From the IMG/VR virus record IMGVR_UViG_3300028800_000057: DNA of 64,000 nt. One strand, written 5' to 3'. The notes under the pieces were generated by a model, which saw only the letters and a list, made by a program, of their open reading frames with translations, did no database searches and was not told where the DNA came from. A program made the translations under genes and the position numbers. This document shows positions 57,373-64,000 of this stretch, in pieces (position 1 is the stretch's first letter; each line of letters starts with the position of its first letter). Source of the stretch: a virus. Its lineage: Duplodnaviria; Heunggongvirae; Uroviricota; Caudoviricetes.

Positions 57373-57828
57373 GTTCGACTTACCTCAGAAGTAACACTAA
57401 GATCGATACACCAGAAAAATGATCTAGACACTGGGATCTTGGAGGGTGTATAAGACGAGACCCTCACATGGCCGTAGAGGAAGGTTCCCTGATCCTTGAC
57501 CCTTACCAAAGGGTACGCGGAACTCTGTGCAGCTCTACAGAGACCTCCACGAAAATCAATAAATGCCTCAGTACGGAATTGGCCATCACTTCTCATCGAA
57601 GTGTCTCCGTATCTGGTTTCATTGGGCTCTGTTCTTCGAGAGAGCTATTTGGACTCGAAGAATAATCCCTCTGTAAGAGCGGCTGCGAGATGTTCTCCCT
57701 CAGTCCGCTTTGATTAGTACCCCGAATAGAGATTAGAACGAATGACCGATCTAACACTGTTGAAGTCGCTCCGCGGATCATCTGATCCAAGGTCTACTTC
57801 TTCATTGGGATCGATCATTATCTCTATG

Positions 57829-57857
57829 ATTACTTCTCTCTCTACGAGAGAAGTAAT
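57829..57857. other. perfect 12-bp-stem hairpin ATTACTTCTCTC-TCTAC-GAGAGAAGTAAT in about 620-bp gene-poor AT-rich region
   Basis: direct inspection. Confidence 0.5.
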
Positions 57858-57994
57858 TAGTGGTGAAGCTGAGGACTCAAATTCCACATTCAATTCGAAT
57901 ACTGATAGCAACTTCAACCACAATAACCGTAACTTCAAATACTCTCAGTGAGAACAAGATAACCGATACCTCAACCCATATAGAAGCAACCCCA

Positions 57995-58735
57995 CTACCT
58001 CGTACCCCTCAACATGTAGAAGCTCGTAGCGTAAGTCCAACAGATGGACGGATTGATACTGGTTCCAATTTGAGCTCCAACTTCATTCGCCCTATCGAAG
58101 AACTTCTTGGCCTCAGTGGGCCGATTCAGTACCAATAGTTCAATAGCTTTAGACCAGAAGTTCAAAATTAGTGTGTCAAAAGACTTGTCTTCGTCTCTTG
58201 GCTCATCGTTGTGCATGTTAGATATGTAGAACAGAACTCCATCATCGCTTCGATCCGTCATCCACCTCATCCAGCCTATGGATAGGGCCTCAAAGGTCTT
58301 CCGAGACCAACGTCTCCCCTTTGTTTTCGTAGGGATTAGATCGCTGCGCACGACATCTAAGCAGTAGTTCAAGCAGAATATCAACAGCCTTGTTTCGAAC
58401 TTGTCGGGGCTGACAGGAAGTAACCTCAAAGTCTTTTCAGAATAAGTCGTAACCCTCTCTCTATTCGGTGTATCAGAAAAAGCCGCGTCAAAAACAGCCT
58501 TCTGTGCAGCCATCTCTGAGATGATAGTACTAGTATCCTCAGAGTCATCAGGCAGATCAGGATCGTTGCTTAGACTTAGTGGCTCAGATGGTGAGAGATG
58601 TTTGCGTACCCCTCCTCTAGAGGTAGACCTCTTGCGACTACTATTAACCATTGATTCGTTCACAGCCTTATTTGAAGTTGACAACAACAAGTCCACTGAG
58701 ATAATACACCGAGTCCGACATAGGTAGAGAATCAC
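57995..58735 (-). CDS. hypothetical protein
   Basis: ORF. Confidence 0.45.
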   Translation of the reverse strand: MILYLCRTRCIISVDLLLSTSNKAVNESMVNSSRKRSTSRGGVRKHLSPSEPLSLSNDPDLPDDSEDTSTIISEMAAQKAVFDAAFSDTPNRERVTTYSEKTLRLLPVSPDKFETRLLIFCLNYCLDVVRSDLIPTKTKGRRWSRKTFEALSIGWMRWMTDRSDDGVLFYISNMHNDEPRDEDKSFDTLILNFWSKAIELLVLNRPTEAKKFFDRANEVGAQIGTSINPSICWTYATSFYMLRGTR

Positions 58736-58758
58736 ACTAGTAGGTAGAGTTTGGTGCT

Positions 58759-59889
58759 TTGACCTTAAAAAGGGAAACTGTGGCTAATTTAGTAGGAAAT
58801 TTACCTGATGATTTCATACCCTCAAACTTTACTGTGTTATATGACACCTACTCACCATTTGTTACGAGGTTAGTCACACGGTACAATCGTGTTCAAGCTA
58901 ATTTCGAGGACCTTCTCCAGCACGTATGGATGAAGTTGGTCGAAGTTGACGTCATTCAGAAGTACAATGACTCAAGCTCCCTCCCTAAGAAGATGACCGC
59001 GCTCGAAGCGTGTGCTTATCTAGATATAGAGTGGGGATCACTGAAGCGCGCCGTTCACCGTCACCTTATTGGTGAGGATCGCCATCTCGACCGCATTCGA
59101 AGTGTGTCAAAAGACACTAAGGGCAAACTCCTTCGACGGGATCACGGCACCTGCCACTGTTGCGGTAGGAACATGGTTGAGTTTGGCAAGGCTTTCAACC
59201 GGTACAAGAGTGATCCGTTGAGGACTAACTGGTTCAAGAGAATGCTGGCATCGCTTGGCCTGACCTCGAAGCAGAAGACCTTCTGGTACGCCGTGAAGGA
59301 CCCTAGCGTTGCCTTCCGAAGGGGTATGGATGAAGCCGACCGGTACAAGACCACTTGCTTCATCTGCTTGCGCCAGATCAGTCCTCCAGTGGTACGTTCC
59401 AAGTCTGAGTGGGCCCCAGTACCCATTGAGGGTACGTGGGCTTCAAAGAAGGCGCTTTACTCTCGAGAGGATATTGAACGGTTCCGGTTGGAGCGGGAAG
59501 CTAGAGGCAAGCGTAATAACAAGGCCATCTGTCCTAGGAAGATCAAGTCAAAACCGTTCTTCAAACTGTATCTTGCTCGCGCGGTTCACAACATCTACGC
59601 CAACTGGTGTCGGACTCGGTCTCGACGGTACAAGGAGCACTTCCCAGGGACAGACCCTGAGACGGGTCGGTCATGGGAAGACACCCTCGTGTCAAACACC
59701 TCGACTCAAGACACACTGTCCGAGTTGCATGAGGCTGTAAAGATCCTTGTGGATAACAACTCGGATGTGATGACGAAAACCCACGAAGACGTCATCATCT
59801 TGCTAGCGAAGGGGTGCTCCCCTGAAGAGATTGTTGTGCGTCTTGGGCTGCCCAAACGTGGACTCAAGACCCTCTCACTCGGGACTTGA
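58759..59889 (+). CDS. sigma-factor-like protein (region 2- and region 4-like segments with inserted Cys-rich segment)
   Basis: FEDLLQHVWMKLVE (region 2-like); DVIILLAKGCSPEEIVVRLGL (region 4 HTH-like). Confidence 0.5.
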   Translation: MTLKRETVANLVGNLPDDFIPSNFTVLYDTYSPFVTRLVTRYNRVQANFEDLLQHVWMKLVEVDVIQKYNDSSSLPKKMTALEACAYLDIEWGSLKRAVHRHLIGEDRHLDRIRSVSKDTKGKLLRRDHGTCHCCGRNMVEFGKAFNRYKSDPLRTNWFKRMLASLGLTSKQKTFWYAVKDPSVAFRRGMDEADRYKTTCFICLRQISPPVVRSKSEWAPVPIEGTWASKKALYSREDIERFRLEREARGKRNNKAICPRKIKSKPFFKLYLARAVHNIYANWCRTRSRRYKEHFPGTDPETGRSWEDTLVSNTSTQDTLSELHEAVKILVDNNSDVMTKTHEDVIILLAKGCSPEEIVVRLGLPKRGLKTLSLGT

Positions 59890-60680
59890 GAATCCTCTTG
59901 TTCAGGGGGTCTGATGTGACAGCTCGAACTCGTCTCATCAAAGCCTCCCTAGAACTCAAGCGCCTAGTATTCAGCTCGTTGCCTTGGGGCCTTCGAGTTG
60001 CGCACTTGCTCCACCAGATCCGGTTCGCGTCCGACGCCTCCGTCTTTGGTCAATCCATCTACGGGTTATTTCTCCTCTACGGAGTTGAGGGGATGCCCAC
60101 CCCACCTATGGTACCTAAAAGTATCAAGGATATCAACAGATTGCACGGGTATGGTCGAGATTTCGGCCAAAAGGCGTTAGGCCTTGCCCTTCGATTGTTC
60201 AAATCCGACTCGATGAAGGTCGAGCGGTCTCAAGAGACTCTATCTCTTGTATTCATGAAGCTTTTCTCTGACTCAACCCTAGAGAGTAAATTCAAGGGGA
60301 AGCCACTCGCCTACGCTGAGAATTATGCATACTTAGCTGTAAGGAGTGAGGCAGTCAGTTTGATGCGTAAAGAAAGGCTACGCGCCCACAGTGACATTGA
60401 AGATCTCGTCACCGAGCCAGCTTCATGGGATAGCCTAGGCGACATGATCCCGAGGGCTGAGCAAGAAGCTCTACTGAAGGAGCTAGAGCGCGCTGTCAAC
60501 CCGGAGACGTTCCCTGATATCGTGGAGTACTTCCAGCTCCTGCTAGAAGGTCACAATACAGAGGAGATTGCGCGGGAGAGGTTACTTCCTAGCCTACAAG
60601 ACAAGGCAATGACCCAGCAAGGGTTGAGGCGGTATGAAGGGGTGATCAAGAGGGTTCTTGAGCGCCACTTTGGTGTATAG
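59886..60680 (+). CDS. second sigma-factor-like protein
   Basis: ETLSLVFMKLF...ENYAYLAVRSEAVSLMRKER; FPDIVEYFQLLLEGHNTEEIARE. Confidence 0.45.
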   Translation: MRILLFRGSDVTARTRLIKASLELKRLVFSSLPWGLRVAHLLHQIRFASDASVFGQSIYGLFLLYGVEGMPTPPMVPKSIKDINRLHGYGRDFGQKALGLALRLFKSDSMKVERSQETLSLVFMKLFSDSTLESKFKGKPLAYAENYAYLAVRSEAVSLMRKERLRAHSDIEDLVTEPASWDSLGDMIPRAEQEALLKELERAVNPETFPDIVEYFQLLLEGHNTEEIARERLLPSLQDKAMTQQGLRRYEGVIKRVLERHFGV

Positions 60681-60686
60681 CCGGAC

Positions 60687-62024
60687 GTGACTCAACCTGT
60701 AGACGTCATCCTCCACGGTCAGTGTTTGGATGTTCTCCGTACTTACCCAGACAACTTCTTTGATAGTGTCGTAACAGATCCGCCTTACGGGCTCGGTGGG
60801 CGTGACCCAACGCCGGAAGAGATCTTAGCTTACCTGAATGGGGCGGTCCTTGTAACAGGGGAGTTCATGAACAAGGATTGGGACTTACCCTCAGTCCTGG
60901 TCTGGAAGGAATGCCTTAGGGTCGTCAAGCCCGGTGGGTTCTTGTTCTCGTTCGCCGGGACTCGGACGATTGACATCCTCTCAATTGGAATCCGGATCGC
61001 TGGGTTCACGAATCGTGACACTATCCCGGTTGAGATGGGGCCGCCAATCCTTCGGTGGCTTCGTGCTCAAGGGATGCCCAAGAATGTTGATGTCGGTAAG
61101 GAGTTCAAGAAGGCGGGCCTCCTCGACCTAGCGGTTCTATGGAAAGAGTTCGGAACGGCTCTTAAACCTTACTGGGAACCAATACTCGTCTTCCGCAAAC
61201 CTATTGCTGAACAGACCCTGCTCAAGCAGCTTGAAGTCACTGGGACTGGGGTCATCAACATCGAGGCTTCTAGGGTCAAGCACTCATCCCTAGCAGACTT
61301 CGCCAAGCACAAGGCGGGGGTAGACGCCATCAAGGCGCGCGGGGGCAAGATGGGTAACTCGTGGAAGAACTCTTCTGACCTGTCTGGAGCCAATGATGTC
61401 TCGACTTCGGGTCGACTCCCTCCGAACGTCATCTTCGTTCATTCGGACTTATGCCGGAAGGTTGGTAGTCAGGTAGTGGCTATGCCGCCCATCAATCGCT
61501 TTGATGATGGAGCTAAGCCATTTGGTGGCGGTGCCGGTCACAAGTACACAACAGTCCATCGAGAGGATGAGACCATTGATACTTGGGAGTGTCACCCCTC
61601 GTGTCCGATCTACCATCTCAATCAACAGCACAAGGTTGAGGCTGGTGGGGCTTCGAAGTACTTCCTGAATGTTGACCCTGATTCCCTATTCTTCTACGTC
61701 CCCAAACCCAATCTCCGAGAGAAGAGTGCCGGGCTTGAGGAGGGGGAAGAGAACGAGCACAATACGGTCAAACCTGTACGGCTCATGGAGTACTTGGTAA
61801 CTATGGCGACCCCTACCAACGGGACTGTCCTAGACCTTTATTGTGGATCAGGTACGACTTGCGTAGCTGCTATTAATAAGGGATTCCACTTCGTAGGCAT
61901 CGAGAAGGAAGAGCCATCGGTCAAGACCGCTCGGTTGAGAGTCCTGGCTGCTCAAGCGGATCGTCGGGAGTTTGAGGACCGAGAGGTAATGGCTGGGGCA
62001 ATGTATGAGCTTGAATCAGAGTGA
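60687..62024 (+). CDS. DNA methyltransferase (N6A/N4C beta-class, canonical DPPY), C-terminal YELESE
   Basis: FDSVVTDPPYGLGG ... DLYCGSGTT. Confidence 0.85.
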   Translation: MTQPVDVILHGQCLDVLRTYPDNFFDSVVTDPPYGLGGRDPTPEEILAYLNGAVLVTGEFMNKDWDLPSVLVWKECLRVVKPGGFLFSFAGTRTIDILSIGIRIAGFTNRDTIPVEMGPPILRWLRAQGMPKNVDVGKEFKKAGLLDLAVLWKEFGTALKPYWEPILVFRKPIAEQTLLKQLEVTGTGVINIEASRVKHSSLADFAKHKAGVDAIKARGGKMGNSWKNSSDLSGANDVSTSGRLPPNVIFVHSDLCRKVGSQVVAMPPINRFDDGAKPFGGGAGHKYTTVHREDETIDTWECHPSCPIYHLNQQHKVEAGGASKYFLNVDPDSLFFYVPKPNLREKSAGLEEGEENEHNTVKPVRLMEYLVTMATPTNGTVLDLYCGSGTTCVAAINKGFHFVGIEKEEPSVKTARLRVLAAQADRREFEDREVMAGAMYELESE

Positions 62025-62262
62025 GTTTCTGGGCTCGAGTTAGATTCTTGATCTTCAGCTCTCGCTTTAGAGCTGAGCTCTTATCCTCCACTGGCTCTCG
62101 GTAGGTTAGCTTCCATGGTCTTCCCGCTCGAGTAAACTTGGCTCCGGTTCCATTGTTGTGGGCCGTCAGTCGCTTCTCAAGGTCGTTCGTGATCCCGGTG
62201 TAAAGCTTCCCAGTCACCTGACTCCTGATAATGTATACAACCCAGATGGAACCGTTAGACAT
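61921..62262 (-). CDS. GIY-YIG domain protein (YhbQ/UPF0213-like)
   Basis: VYIIRSQVTGKLYTGITNDLEKRLTAHNNGTGAKFTRAGRPWKLTY. Confidence 0.7.
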   Translation of the reverse strand: MSNGSIWVVYIIRSQVTGKLYTGITNDLEKRLTAHNNGTGAKFTRAGRPWKLTYREPVEDKSSALKRELKIKNLTRAQKLTLIQAHTLPQPLPLGPQTPDDPLEQPGLSTERS

Positions 62263-62773
62263 ACTTCATAAATTCCTACTATCAGGGAAGTTTCAATGGA
62301 TGAGCAGTGTGTTTCTACACCAGGAAGGGTGGTCTGTAGTAGCTAACCACCACTGCGTCATAGCTTTCAAAGGGGAAGTAGGTGAGAAGGTTGAGGACGC
62401 ACCATTACTTCCTGTTCTGCAGCTACCTCGTCCTAAGGAGGCTGTGAGGGTAGAGCTGAGTTCCCTGTTGAGGTGGGTCACCAAGATTAAGCCCTTACTT
62501 GATGTGATTGATGTGGACTTGAAGTTTCAAGGAGTCCTTGCAGGGATCAATATCGACTTGAGGAAGTTGTCCTTCATCCTCAAATTATTACCCCCAGGAG
62601 AAGTGTTCGTGTGGGACTCCACTTTGGCTCAGGGGATCAAGTCCTTGGGTTTTGAACGGGGGCCGTGGAGGGGTTGCTTGGCGGGCGTAGGGATCGAAGC
62701 TTCGGAGTGTACCAATGTCTTCGTGGTGGAAGAGTCGGCTATTGACTTGATGTTGGAGTTGGAGAGCGAGTAG
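62231..62773 (+). CDS. hypothetical protein with C-terminal LELESE tail
   Basis: ORF; shares ELESE terminus with both methyltransferases. Confidence 0.45.
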   Translation: MYTTQMEPLDILHKFLLSGKFQWMSSVFLHQEGWSVVANHHCVIAFKGEVGEKVEDAPLLPVLQLPRPKEAVRVELSSLLRWVTKIKPLLDVIDVDLKFQGVLAGINIDLRKLSFILKLLPPGEVFVWDSTLAQGIKSLGFERGPWRGCLAGVGIEASECTNVFVVEESAIDLMLELESE

Positions 62774-62774
62774 C

Positions 62775-63470
62775 TCACCAGGTGAAGTCGCCTTCTGCCT
62801 TCTTCATTTTCATGTGGTGCAGGATCATAGGACCGTAGAACATACTTGCAAAGGTCCCACCAGCCCACCTCTTGCGGTCATAGTCCGAGAGGTTCCTCAT
62901 GGCTCGCTCACGTCTCATTTGGATGTTGTAGGCGGCCGCGTCGATGATCTGTTGACGATACTCTCCATAAGTTGGGGAGTGGGCAAGGACCCACGTTGAG
63001 AAGTCAACATACCCCTCATCATAGAAGCAATCATCTATAGGGAACTTGGCATAGCTCCCATGCGTGAACTCGTGGGTTAGCTTTTCCAGGGTCTGCCCAG
63101 GGTTGCCTTCTACGCTCGGGCTCAGTTGCACCTGACCAGTCATCATGTTGAAGGAGGCGGTGGCGCCGGACATGTGCATGCCATCTGCCATAGGGAGGAT
63201 GGTGGGTAGGGGCTCCTTGCCGAATGGTCCAAGGGCTTCAATTAGATAGGTGTGGATCTTGGGCAGCCAGGATTCAACGAAGCGGTCCCATTCTGAATTG
63301 AAGACCTTGCAGACGAACTTCGGGGGCTCGGAGGCGAAAAGGCTTTTCACAACCAAGGGTCCTGATAAGTAAAAGTTTCTCTTGACGTACCCCAGCCCCT
63401 CGGTGTACTGCTGGTGCTCAAGGTTTGACCTCCCCAGGTAGGGGAATGTCGGGCCAAGAAAAAAGATCAC
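62775..63470 (-). CDS. putative zinc metallopeptidase (HEFTH motif)
   Basis: LTHEFTHGSY HExxH with downstream acidic residues. Confidence 0.45.
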   Translation of the reverse strand: MIFFLGPTFPYLGRSNLEHQQYTEGLGYVKRNFYLSGPLVVKSLFASEPPKFVCKVFNSEWDRFVESWLPKIHTYLIEALGPFGKEPLPTILPMADGMHMSGATASFNMMTGQVQLSPSVEGNPGQTLEKLTHEFTHGSYAKFPIDDCFYDEGYVDFSTWVLAHSPTYGEYRQQIIDAAAYNIQMRRERAMRNLSDYDRKRWAGGTFASMFYGPMILHHMKMKKAEGDFTW

Positions 63471-64000
63471 ACAGGCGAAAAAAGACCTTGACGGTCTACC
63501 GCCCCCTGAGCTAGGCTACAGTCTCAAGGCTCAAGAAGCCAATCAATCGGAGTAACGTGTCCTCTCTACTCAAAACCGCAACATTAGAATCCAGGCCGGC
63601 GAGAATATCGCTGTCGGGTTCGTTGTGCGTCCATAGTCTAGGGCATTTTACAAGCGATATGGCCCAACTTAAGTCTTGGTATCCCACCTCAGCACGTATT
63701 GCCAATCCAGAGGTGGGTACATAGGGCGGCTAGTCTGAATAACGGAGTACCCGTAAACAGAAGGCCGCCCTGGGAAACCACGGTGGCCTTAGTCGTTTTA
63801 GGGCCATTCCCCCGATAAAACCAACACACAGGGAACTGTGTGAAAACTAGAGCTTCGTCTGTCACACACAGTGGCATCAGGATAGGTTTGTCAGTTCGTT
63901 AGGAAAGCAAAGGACAATGGGAATTACAGATCGCTATCGACTCGTAACCGCAGCTAGACCCCACACTATGGTGGTTGATTAGCAATCAGGCGAGTTGCGG

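Overview
The window reads as a densely coded, large phage-like genome segment of about 50% GC, with genes in alternating strand blocks and more than 110 plausible CDS, most under 200 aa. Genes I can call with reasonable confidence from sequence motifs are listed under features. The most striking non-coding signal is a bipartite promoter-like motif TTGTTGAG-N15-GCGTAATAG present in 10 copies with invariant 15-nt spacing: 9 on the + strand between 1 and 16 kb, and 1 on the - strand at about 24.37 kb. Each copy lies 5-25 nt upstream of a start codon. Other signals worth a second look:
- an amber-suppressor-type tRNA (anticodon CUA)
- two apparent homopolymer frameshifts
- iteron-like tandem repeats
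- two families of conserved C-terminal peptide tails (RYER..VI/KNL on six proteins, ELESE on three)
- a membrane-stress and ADP-ribose-centred accessory region carrying PspA, TPM, flotillin, NfeD, NUDIX, macro domain, YpsA/SLOG, ADP-ribosylglycohydrolase and Ro60 genes.
Coordinates I derived by hand-indexing the sequence may be off by 1-2 nt. CDS coordinates follow the supplied ORF track.
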